A stretch of DNA of 64,000 bases from a virus. Lineage: Duplodnaviria > Caudoviricetes. Under the pieces are notes generated by a model, which was not told the origin of the DNA, did not search any database, and saw only the letters and a list, made by a program, of their open reading frames with translations. This document shows, in pieces, positions 37,439 through 46,433 of the stretch. Positions within the stretch are counted from its first letter, which is position 1, and every line of letters begins with the position of its first letter. Both the position numbers and the translations under genes were made by a program. The stretch is from positions 32,001-96,000 of the IMG/VR virus record IMGVR_UViG_3300001525_000065; one strand, written 5' to 3'.

Positions 37439-40400
37439 TTATGCCAGTATCGCGCCTCTGCAATACATATTGCTATTGATCATGCGCTTACCATAGCTCA
37501 TCATCCATGCACGACGTCCTACAAGGTCATCAGTGCGAAGGAGATCAGAAGGAGTAATGGGAAGGAAAGGACAATATACATCGTTTGTGTTACTGCTACT
37601 TCGTTTCCAAGTAGCATCACTAAGTTTCCTTAGTGACCAGACTATATCATTACCTCATGTATTATGATGAGGTATCTCACACTTTGAACTCACTTGAGTC
37701 CTACAGAGTTGCCACTCTTAGTCGTTGAACTTTCTACTTATACATAATGTATAAGATAGCTTAGCTGCTGATTATCCATTGTTGCAAGAGGTTAGATTAC
37801 TCATACTCTTATACTGAAGATTCTTTCTGCTTTCGCTGCATTCGCACTTGCCATCACTGGCTATGTTGTAGCTCTTCAGCCTTTAGGAGTTTCCAGCAAT
37901 TCATGAGATTTTCAATGACCAGTCACCTGGCCATGGGACTGTTTAGTAACCAATTGCTTATGCAGCTTTATTAGTACTAGTTAATCCTGCATCAAAGAGA
38001 CCTGTACCTCTGTATCCAAGCACGTACTCATTAGCAGGGAAGTCAGGAGATACATATACAGTGAACTGCCCATAAGTGCCAAGGAGGTAAGGACCTACAC
38101 CTGCATTACCGCTAGGAACAAAGTTACGAGAAGCAGAGATAACTGCTGCTACGCCAAGTCCACATACGAGAACATTCTATTCATTCAATAAGAATCGTTA
38201 CTTCTTATTCGTGTATCATACATGCACTGCTAATCATTTCTGACTAGAATAGACTATATCTTCATCATGGCATCTATTACCAATGACATGATGCTCATCA
38301 TTTTGATCTTACTTAAGATCTACTCTACTTGCTTCTTCACTAGTGGATTTCTCACTAGTTATGCTTTCGATAGTCGTTGAACTTCTACTCATGACTAATC
38401 ATGATGTAGTAGCTGCTGATTGTCCATGTATCTCAATAATTCTCAAGCATTCACACTTGTCATCACTGACTATGTTGTAGCTTATTGAGCTTTAGGAGTT
38501 TCCAGCAATTAGATGAGTTTAGACAGACCGATGTTACGCAGCCTGTACCTTGCGAGTATTCTGATAGATGATGTTGCTACCTTCAAGAAGTCTAGCATAG
38601 AAGGAGTCATAGTGGTCAAGGAGTGAAATGGCAGTGGGCTGAGCCTTAGACCATGCAGTGTTAGTAGCGCCTGCCTGAGCAAGAAGGTCTCCGCATACCT
38701 CCATATCCACTTCATGTGCTAGCTCACCAGCAACCTCAGCTGCCATTAGAGCATCGATCTGATTTCCATCATTTATGTTAGCTAGTCATTTCTGACTAGA
38801 TCAGACTATATCTTCATCTCATTGTCAGTGAGATGTCATTCATTTCGATTTAAGGGGATCTCACCCACTCATCATGTATTGTGATGAGCCCTACTCCTAT
38901 AGAATAGTTTATGTCAGTCTATTCCTTATAATTGGGATAGTCGTTGAACTTTATCCTATTCGGATTTTAGCTGCTGATTGTCCATTATGGAGATGTTTAG
39001 GATTTAACCATGCATCATATACTCATTTCTTTTTACTTTCGTAGCATTCACACTTGTGCTTATTTCATCACTATGTTGTAGCATGAGTATCTTTGGGAGT
39101 TTCCAGCAATTAGAATGATTTATTATTGTACTCATCACTGAGTACCGGAGCTTGGCTTTCAGATGATCGCTAACTCCTTCTCGAACTGAAGCGCAGCACT
39201 GAGGGAATAAAGAGATTTAATGGTACGATCCTTAGCTACGATCGGAAGAGATTCAATAGAGAGCTGAACCTCAGGAACTGCAGCAGGAGCATACTTATTG
39301 TTATAAGTGTATGTAGCAGTCCATGTACCTGCACCAGGAGCAGCAGTGAAGGTAAGTGCGCCAGTTGCATAGTCAATAGAACCAGCATCAGTGCCGCCCT
39401 TCTTGAGGTTGCCATTACCATCATCAGTGTAGACATTAGTGCCTTCAGTGATGTTGACAGATCCAGGAGCTACAGGAATCCATGCAAGAGATACAGTCGT
39501 ATCAGTTGCACCAAGTGCAAGAACTTCACCATCAACAAGTTCTGCAGTGTAGTTCTCATCAGACTGACCACCATAGATGGACGTCATGAAGGTGTCACCT
39601 GCTTTAACCTGACCCTTGTTGGATCCATAGTTATACTTAATATAATTTACCATACCTACGCGAGCAGACCAATTACCTTACAAATACATCGTATCCACGT
39701 ATTCTCTACATATTACTATGTAGTTGAGACTATATCATCATCTGAAGTACTGTTACTATACATCAGATGCTTCGCACTTCGATTTAAAGGATTTATCATG
39801 AGTTATTATCGCTCATGTACCTACCACTTGGCTCTACTCTACTCAGTTATTCACTAGTGTATTTCTCACTAGTTATCCTTTCGATAGTCGTTGCTCCTCT
39901 AGTACTACTCAGGGCACTAGAGGATCAGGATTGTCCATGTACTGCGTAACTTTACATGGAGGTTCCCTGAGTTCACGAAGTTTATCATAATAGATCACTC
40001 TATTATGCCACCTCATTGATGGGCTGCACTGAAACTAGATCGTACATAATGGTGTTAGGTACCATTGCATTAACGATATCCACATTTATCTTACGAATGT
40101 ATCGTATCCATACATTCTCTATACATTACTGTATAGATGAGACTATATCACATTCTCATTGACTCTTCACCAATGAGAACCTCACCATTTCGATTTAAAG
40201 GATTTACCATAAGCTAATCTCACTCATGTACCTACCACTTGGCTCTACTCTACTAGCTTATCATCACTGTCATATCTCAGATTAATTAGTGATTATGCTT
40301 TCGATAGTCGTTGAACTACCATCCTGCATCTAGATGATAGCTGCTGATTGTCCTAGAACTAGTTAATGATCATCCTGGGAGTTCCCAGCAATTAAGTGAG

Positions 40401-40644
40401 TTTGCATAACTAATCACTTAGTTATGGCGCAGGAGATTTACGCCCATCTCTTATATGATCCAGCAGAACCACCAATAGAAGTTACCTGAGTAGCCTCGAG
40501 GAGGTTCTTAGTATTCTCAAGAGTTGCAGCAAGTGCATTCTTACGATCGATGGAGAGAGCCTTACCAGTGGCTTTCTCAGTCATGGTTATACGCTTACCC
40601 CACTTCTCCATAAGAGCTGAATTAGTTTTAGAAATTGCATTCAT
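37439..40644 (-). CDS. Major capsid protein (gp23-like), 443 aa after splicing; exons 40644-40440, 40082-40019, 39669-39173, 38769-38540, 38176-37984, 37581-37439
   Basis: Exons total 1332 nt (444 codons) with no internal stop; junctions restore gp23 motifs WA-L-DIV, VSVQP-M-SARVG, EKE-Y-GNQID, QA-NVLV and DAG-Y-VYCPF. Confidence 0.93.
37582..37983 (-). ncRNA. Group I intron 5 in capsid gene (402 nt, no ORF; enlarged 44-nt P1 loop)
   Basis: P1 GGAU/GUCC with U.G; P AAUUGCUGGAAA, Q AAUCAGCAGC, R GUUCAACGACUA, S GAUAUAGUCU; terminal G. Confidence 0.92.
38177..38539 (-). ncRNA. Group I intron 4 in capsid gene (363 nt, no ORF)
   Basis: P1 ACAGGCU/GGUCUGU; P, Q, R and S elements; P10 AACAU/AUGUU; terminal G. 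Confidence 0.92.
38770..39172 (-). ncRNA. Group I intron 3 in capsid gene (403 nt, no ORF)
   Basis: P1 GGAGU/GCUCC; P, Q, R and S elements; terminal G. Confidence 0.92.
39670..40018 (-). ncRNA. Group I intron 2 in capsid gene (349 nt, no ORF)
   Basis: P1 CCAU/GUGG; covaried P4 UCAGG/CCUGA; R CAACGACUA, S GAUAUAGUCU; terminal G. Confidence 0.9.
40083..40439 (-). ncRNA. Group I intron 1 in capsid gene (357 nt, no ORF)
   Basis: P1 GGCGU/GCGCC; P AAUUGCUGGGAA, Q, R and S elements; terminal G. Confidence 0.92.
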
Positions 40645-40659
40645 GATTAGATTCTCCTA

Positions 40660-42201
40660 TCATTTCTTATTAAAATTAGTAAGGACATTCATTGTATCCA
40701 TGTCCTCATCTGTAGCAGGAGTATCTACATGCATTGAGACTACATGATTTAAACCTTCATTCATAGCAATAGGCATCTTAGCCATTCGATCATTGTAGTT
40801 AAGTAGATTAGCTACTACCTTATCTACATCTGAGCAGGTGTAGTTCTTAGGTAGCTTACCAATGATAAGTGACTCAGATAGACCTGACTTACTAGCCTGA
40901 AGACGAATGTATGATTTCATTGTAGATGAGTACTTATTCCTCATTGACTCAGTCAGTGATTTAGCATCAGAGTACTGAGAAGCATTAGTATCTAGTTTCT
41001 CAGTGAGTTCTTTATTCTTTGTATGAAGTGACTCATTCTTAGCAACTAGATCTCTAATGCGAATGTATGACTCATTTAACTTAGATCTACATTCATCAAG
41101 ATCACGCTGAATCTCAGATGCATTGAGATTCATGCTACGCATGTGTTTTACTTTCTCTAGTAGTTTATCACGATCAGTGACTACTACTTTGTACTTCTCA
41201 TTGAGATCACTAAGCTGATTACTTAGATCATCACACTGAGCAGCACCATCCACTAGTGCTTCACTCATCTCATTAATATGAGAATTAGCAGTTAGTAGAT
41301 TAGCTCGAAGACCTTTGGATCCAGATCTGAACTTTTCAATGAGTGACTCAAGACGCTTTATCCTGATATCATCAGCTGACTTAGCTTTCTTAAGCTCATT
41401 GATCTCAGTAGTCAGAGATTCATTAGCCTTCAGGCTTTCTCCCAGATCAGCCATCAATCCAGATGAGATATTGTCTCCATTCTGAAGCTCAGATGACTTT
41501 ATATCAATAGATGCTTTTATTGCATCCATCTCTGGTAAATTAAGTGACTCAACTATGGACTGAATAGTACTCAGCTCACTAGTTGATTTAGCATTACTGA
41601 TCTGAGTATTAAGAGTCTCAGTCAGTGTAGTATGCTCAGTAGCAGTAGGATCATACGACTCATGCATACTAGGTCTAGCAGCAACTACTGCAGGAGTAAC
41701 TACTGCATCGAAGCATACGAAGTAATATGTATCTGCTTCTACCATAGGTCCATCTTCAGGATCTTCACAGATATCTCCAGATCCTCTAGATGATACACCT
41801 ATCTGACATCCTGAGTCTAGCAATGTCTTGAGTAGTCGTCCATTAGGTGTATCAAGGATACCAAATTTAGCCCATACAATACCATCCTCATGGATGTCAA
41901 GACTGAGTAGCACTATTGCTACTTCACGAAGATCAATATCTAGTCGAGAGTCATCAAATGGATGATTCAACTCTCCTAGGCATGTTCTAGTTGACATAGC
42001 TTCTTTGAAGTCTTCAGACTCAATTACTCGAGTCCATAGCTCTAATGGATACATTCTACTATTACGAGTAGGATGTTTATAGTCAGCTGCAGGACCTTCG
42101 AAGTATGCCAAGAAGGGAGATGCACTTTCTTTAGATTCAGCTATGTAAGTCATTGTACCTACATTGAATCTCTCAGTAAGAACACTAGCCATTGATCTCA
42201 C
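40660..42201 (-). CDS. Prohead protease (gp21-like) fused to a coiled-coil scaffold
   Basis: NSRMY, LGELNHP, ILDTPNG, GVSSRGSG, FDAVVTPA, then a long coiled coil. Confidence 0.9.
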   Translation of the reverse strand: MRSMASVLTERFNVGTMTYIAESKESASPFLAYFEGPAADYKHPTRNSRMYPLELWTRVIESEDFKEAMSTRTCLGELNHPFDDSRLDIDLREVAIVLLSLDIHEDGIVWAKFGILDTPNGRLLKTLLDSGCQIGVSSRGSGDICEDPEDGPMVEADTYYFVCFDAVVTPAVVAARPSMHESYDPTATEHTTLTETLNTQISNAKSTSELSTIQSIVESLNLPEMDAIKASIDIKSSELQNGDNISSGLMADLGESLKANESLTTEINELKKAKSADDIRIKRLESLIEKFRSGSKGLRANLLTANSHINEMSEALVDGAAQCDDLSNQLSDLNEKYKVVVTDRDKLLEKVKHMRSMNLNASEIQRDLDECRSKLNESYIRIRDLVAKNESLHTKNKELTEKLDTNASQYSDAKSLTESMRNKYSSTMKSYIRLQASKSGLSESLIIGKLPKNYTCSDVDKVVANLLNYNDRMAKMPIAMNEGLNHVVSMHVDTPATDEDMDTMNVLTNFNKK

Positions 42202-42671
42202 CTCACTTCCTTTCCATTATCTTTATTGGTTATTGACTTTATCATAGATCGCAATGTATCAAATGTAGATAACATTGCATTAGTATCATCCATAGAGTAC
42301 TTAGACAATGCAGATGATACTGAATGAATTTGCATCTCGCTGAGCAGCTTATGCCTAGATGCGTCATCTAGTGATTTACTAGCTATAAGTACTCGAGTGA
42401 TGTACGATGATAATGCAATAGCTTTATCAACATCAGATGCAGATTCATTCACTAATGATTTATATAAAGGATTCTTATGACGTCTGTCATAAATATCATT
42501 CACTACTGTCTCATTAAGACTAGTAGAAGCTGATTCATAAGAGCTAATGAACTCTAGAATAGATGAATCTATAGTAGATGATGAAGCCAGCTTAGTTAGA
42601 TAAGATGATACATCTGCATGATGAGTATCTCTTATCTCAAATAATTTCTTATAACATGTTAGCCTATCCAT
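42198..42671 (-). CDS. Hypothetical head-module protein
   Basis: Coupled ORF between portal and protease. Confidence 0.7.
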   Translation of the reverse strand: MDRLTCYKKLFEIRDTHHADVSSYLTKLASSSTIDSSILEFISSYESASTSLNETVVNDIYDRRHKNPLYKSLVNESASDVDKAIALSSYITRVLIASKSLDDASRHKLLSEMQIHSVSSALSKYSMDDTNAMLSTFDTLRSMIKSITNKDNGKEVR

Positions 42672-44464
42672 TATTCTACCTCACCTGAGTAATCACCAAA
42701 TTCTTCATCACTAGCAGTAACTGATCCTGGAGGAGTACTGGTCAGTTCATTCTCATCACTGGATGACTCAATAGGACTAGTAGTCTCGCCAGAGGGAGCA
42801 GTTACATCTATATCAATATCATGTGATGGACTTCCACTAATAGGAGTAGATCCGAAGTCACCTGCATCATTGAACTCTTCTTGACCTACTTCATCTTCAG
42901 GTGCATCTCTGAGAATATCTACTAGCTCCGGATCATTCATGAACTGATTAAGCAGATACTCAAATACATCTCTCTTAGTATCATCTGTATATGCCTCACC
43001 AAGTAGCTGCATAATTGCATCAGTGATGTCTAACTTAGTTCTGAGTGTCTCATCACGCTCAGCATCCTCAGTAGTACTAGGTGATACCATCTTGACTGAG
43101 AAGTTATTCACATAATCAGTGAATCCTCTATCAATGGCATATAAATTAAGTAGAGTAGTTATACCTGCGATGTATGCATTCTGTACTCGTTGTACTGATC
43201 TAGCATATCTAGCATCTACTTTAGTAGCGCTTACTCCACCTGAGAATCCATTATCTGGACTATCTAGTCCTAAGTACTGTCTAGGAATTCTGAATCCAGC
43301 TGCAAGCTTATTAGCATAGTGATCTACATCAGTGATGGATCTTACATCAATATCTCCACCTAGTGACTGGAAACTGATAGCACCTTTACCATTACGAGTA
43401 GTAGAATACACTACATTATCAATAGGTCCAGGAGCAGCTTGTGACTTATATGTATCACTGTTCTTATCCATCAGATTCTTCTGCTCGACCATGTTCTTTA
43501 CACGTTTTAGTAGTTCATTAACACGGTTCTTAGGCATGTCACCTACTTCTATCTGAAGGAATCTGATAATAGCTGACCTAGATGCACGATTCATTACTAA
43601 GCTATCTTCCATCAATGATAGATCTTGATAAGTACTGTATACATTCTCTAGTAGAGATCTACCTCTCTTGACTCTGAATGTTTCATTAGTGACTTCACCT
43701 TTACCATTCTTTATCTGAAGAGTGATAGTCTCAGGCACTCTCTCAGTACCTGCAGCTAGATAGATATGCACATAAGACTTCTCATCATAGAGATTATCAG
43801 TAGTATCAATCCAGTATCTGTTATTATATAAGTATTGATTAGCGCCATCCACTGCTTCTTCAGTAGGAGTAGGTGTCTCAGCGAATCCAACTGTCTTACC
43901 TCTGTAGACTATATCAAATATATCTGCAGGATTAGGCACTTGCTCTACATACTCAGAGTAGATGTACCCTTTCTTGACCTTATTGAGTATGAGTCCATCT
44001 TGATTGATCTTATGAACAGCATTATCTGAATCATAATGCAGTTTGAGATATACATCTCCATACATGCATAATGAGTAGATGTGACTCCATGCATTATCAT
44101 TAATGCCTAATACATCTAGCAATCTATTGCAGAATGCAGCAGTATTCTGATCCTCACTCTCTACCCATATAACTTGACCTTGTCTATTTGATGGAGTAGC
44201 ATCATCTGCATACATCTCAATAGCAGATGAAACTAGTGCATCCTGTACCATTCGATCATAAGCTCTGTATCTCTCATTACGAGATGTAGCTAATGTACGA
44301 AATCCATTAAGTGCATTACGATCTAGAAGAGTAGTACCATCTACTTCGAATAGATCAACTAATCCAGCTCTAGCTATCGATGTATTATCAATAGCATCTG
44401 TATTAGCTTTTACTCTAAGTCCTAGTGCCTCACGTAGTCTAGTACCTAGTGGTTTATTAGCCAT
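42671..44464 (-). CDS. Portal protein (gp20-like)
   Basis: YDRM...SAIEMYADD, YGDVY, GRSLLE...LMEDSLVMNR, IEVGDMP, DVDHY...RIP. Confidence 0.92.
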   Translation of the reverse strand: MANKPLGTRLREALGLRVKANTDAIDNTSIARAGLVDLFEVDGTTLLDRNALNGFRTLATSRNERYRAYDRMVQDALVSSAIEMYADDATPSNRQGQVIWVESEDQNTAAFCNRLLDVLGINDNAWSHIYSLCMYGDVYLKLHYDSDNAVHKINQDGLILNKVKKGYIYSEYVEQVPNPADIFDIVYRGKTVGFAETPTPTEEAVDGANQYLYNNRYWIDTTDNLYDEKSYVHIYLAAGTERVPETITLQIKNGKGEVTNETFRVKRGRSLLENVYSTYQDLSLMEDSLVMNRASRSAIIRFLQIEVGDMPKNRVNELLKRVKNMVEQKNLMDKNSDTYKSQAAPGPIDNVVYSTTRNGKGAISFQSLGGDIDVRSITDVDHYANKLAAGFRIPRQYLGLDSPDNGFSGGVSATKVDARYARSVQRVQNAYIAGITTLLNLYAIDRGFTDYVNNFSVKMVSPSTTEDAERDETLRTKLDITDAIMQLLGEAYTDDTKRDVFEYLLNQFMNDPELVDILRDAPEDEVGQEEFNDAGDFGSTPISGSPSHDIDIDVTAPSGETTSPIESSSDENELTSTPPGSVTASDEEFGDYSGEVE

Positions 44465-44484
44465 GTATAACTCACCTCACTCTT

Positions 44485-45951
44485 CTAGAATATTAAGAAG
44501 TCATCGTCATTGTTATACAACAAATCAGATATCTCATCATCAGTAACTTTCCATCGATCCTTAGGATCTATCTTGTTACGTACATCAACTACTGATGTAT
44601 CTATTTGATTCTCATCCATTACTGCATTTAACTCAGCTTCAATAGCTTCATCAGTCAACTCAGGTTTATCATCCATATGAGTAGATGGATCATCAAGTAA
44701 TGCATTAGCTGCAGATGCATCAGTAGTAGGTTTATCATCAGTATTAGCATCCATTACATTGTATGCATCATCAGATAGATAAATCTGATCACTGCAGTCA
44801 TACTGAGATGCATTGAATAATGCAGCTGCAAGACTGTCCAGACCATCTTTTGAGCCTTTACCGTCATATGTATGATCGATCTTACCTGTCATGTTATTAC
44901 GTTCTACATTAACCATCTCTAGTACTAATTCATGTATGTTCAATAGACTTACACGTTTCTCATTGATAGCTGACTTAAGACACATGTATGCATCTGGAGT
45001 TCTATCAACTGATAGTAGCTTAGCAGGATATCCAGCATTCTGAAGTATCTGTATGTTATCACGAGATTGGAATCCATCCTGAGTGATACCACATATATTA
45101 AATCCAGATTCCTTCAGATAGTAGATGAATTGTCTATTCTTCTCAAGTGATATCTCATCACCAGATGGACATTGAATAAACACAGTAAAGATATGAGCGA
45201 ATTGCATCTCATGTACTGGGACTGCTTCACCTACATCATTATCGAATCTATCAACCTTTCTTGTACCGGTAATAGCTACCATAGATATACCAGTACGGTC
45301 ACCTGTTAATGACCCATCTATGTGTAAGAAGCAGGGTTTGCTCCTCAGTACTAAATTCACCAATTTAGGATTAAAGTAGTCTGACAATGATTGTGAGTCG
45401 TGACAACCTATTGTCAATACAGGTGTAGTGAATGGATTAGTACGAGGTCCAAATGCCTCTTTTATACGATCATACACTAAGAATTTAGTAGTCAGTGATG
45501 AGCTAATACCTGCATAATCCATTAGTGATGTATCTACATCAAGATCAAATGCAGACTTGAACTCAATAGGTACCTCTATGATCTTATAACCTTGATTAGC
45601 CATAGCTACCTGATCATCTTCATCAGTCATTACTCTACTACGTAGTATCTTATTACCTACTGCTACTAGGAACTTCTTACCTGAATAGATGTTACTAGGC
45701 TTTACATTCCATTGAGGTTCATCTATGACTAGTACAGATGGATTATCTTTGACTGTCTGTATATATGACTCAAGGAAGTCTTGTTCACTCTTCTTAGATG
45801 ATACTAGGAATAGCTTAGCTGCTAGGTCACCACCATCTCGTAGGAATCGAGATTCCATACGACGCTTTATGGCACGATATGACTTCATGATCTTGGACTT
45901 CTCAAATTGTACATCAGCTCCTCCCACGAAGTCTACCTCATCCAATAAAGC
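44485..45951 (-). CDS. Terminase large subunit, C-terminal part from Walker B onward (C-extein of the split intein at 45959-46093)
   Basis: ALLDEVDF, VSS coupling motif, nuclease HID...DRTGI, DGFQS, KIDH...SKD; Walker A absent; frame closed upstream by TGA at 45952-45954. Confidence 0.88.
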   Translation of the reverse strand, partial: ALLDEVDFVGGADVQFEKSKIMKSYRAIKRRMESRFLRDGGDLAAKLFLVSSKKSEQDFLESYIQTVKDNPSVLVIDEPQWNVKPSNIYSGKKFLVAVGNKILRSRVMTDEDDQVAMANQGYKIIEVPIEFKSAFDLDVDTSLMDYAGISSSLTTKFLVYDRIKEAFGPRTNPFTTPVLTIGCHDSQSLSDYFNPKLVNLVLRSKPCFLHIDGSLTGDRTGISMVAITGTRKVDRFDNDVGEAVPVHEMQFAHIFTVFIQCPSGDEISLEKNRQFIYYLKESGFNICGITQDGFQSRDNIQILQNAGYPAKLLSVDRTPDAYMCLKSAINEKRVSLLNIHELVLEMVNVERNNMTGKIDHTYDGKGSKDGLDSLAAALFNASQYDCSDQIYLSDDAYNVMDANTDDKPTTDASAANALLDDPSTHMDDKPELTDEAIEAELNAVMDENQIDTSVVDVRNKIDPKDRWKVTDDEISDLLYNNDDDFLIF

Positions 45952-45958
45952 TCATGAT

Positions 45959-46093
45959 CTAGCAATTATGAGATACTATATAATTATCATGATCACATTT
46001 TACTAAGAAGTTATGATAAGGATTAGCATTTATAACGTCATATACTGGTATTGGATTATCATAATGAATATGTGATACTTTAGTTACTCTCAT
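45959..46093 (-). CDS. Split-intein C-half (43 aa plus Cys+1) of the terminase; missing from the ORF track
   Basis: MRVTKVSHIHYDNPIPVYDVINANPYHNFLVKCDHDNYIVSHN-C then TAG; blocks F and G; SD GGAGGTGATC upstream. Confidence 0.88.
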   Translation of the reverse strand: MRVTKVSHIHYDNPIPVYDVINANPYHNFLVKCDHDNYIVSHNC

Positions 46094-46123
46094 AATTACT
46101 TGATCACCTCCTTCACAAATGTA

Positions 46124-46276
46124 TTATAAATCTTATCTAGCAGTATGCATAGTAATGCATTTGAATATATGAGATGACTAGTGAAGGAGATAGTCATCCA
46201 TACTTCATTTACTTTACTATGTATACTTATCTCATAAGGTCATGAGTCTTATGCTACCTAGATAAGAATTTATAAG
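46124..46276 (-). promoter_or_regulatory. Structured leader (branched stem-loop) upstream of the IntC-terminase gene
   Basis: Closing stem TTATAAATTCTTATCTAG/CTAGATAAGATTTATAA; arm CATAAG/CTTATG; long arm ending GATGACTA/TAGTCATC with loop TCTCCTTCAC. Confidence 0.65.
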
Positions 46277-46309
46277 TTATATAATAGAATTTTACTAATG
46301 CAGAATGCC

Positions 46310-46423
46310 CACTTAGTGCTATGAGACGTTTAGAGCCTCTCTAGACGTTGTTTAGACATACAGGGGCAAAACCCTCCCCTTGGAATCAAAGACGCTTATA
46401 AGACGTTCTAGACGTGCTAGAGC
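46310..46423. repeat. Dispersed quasi-palindromic repeat, copy 5
   Basis: Core ggggcaaaaccctcccc with periodic arms. Confidence 0.9.
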
Positions 46424-46433
46424 ATGAATGAGT

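Noticed and set aside
39152-39172. Intron 3 5' loop (TAGCGATCATCTGA) resembling the terminase gap sequence
   Set aside because: It is same-sense, not antisense, and is explained by P10 pairing with its own 3' exon (AUCUGA/UCAGAU, CCA/UGG).
37582-40439. Homing endonuclease ORFs or group II features within the capsid introns
   Set aside because: Each insert is only 349-403 nt with no long ORF; boundaries and core elements are group I type.
38509-40644. ORF-track entries 40438-40644, 39159-39653, 38534-38746, 38509-38715 and 39236-39436 as separate genes or a capsid pseudogene
   Set aside because: The first three are exons running into intron stops and splice into one intact frame; the others are off-frame overlaps.
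45959-45961. Genome-wide TAG reassignment as the explanation for the terminase break
   Set aside because: TAG ends normal genes (for example at 44485), coding density is high in the standard code, and read-through stays out of frame and stops at TGA six codons later.
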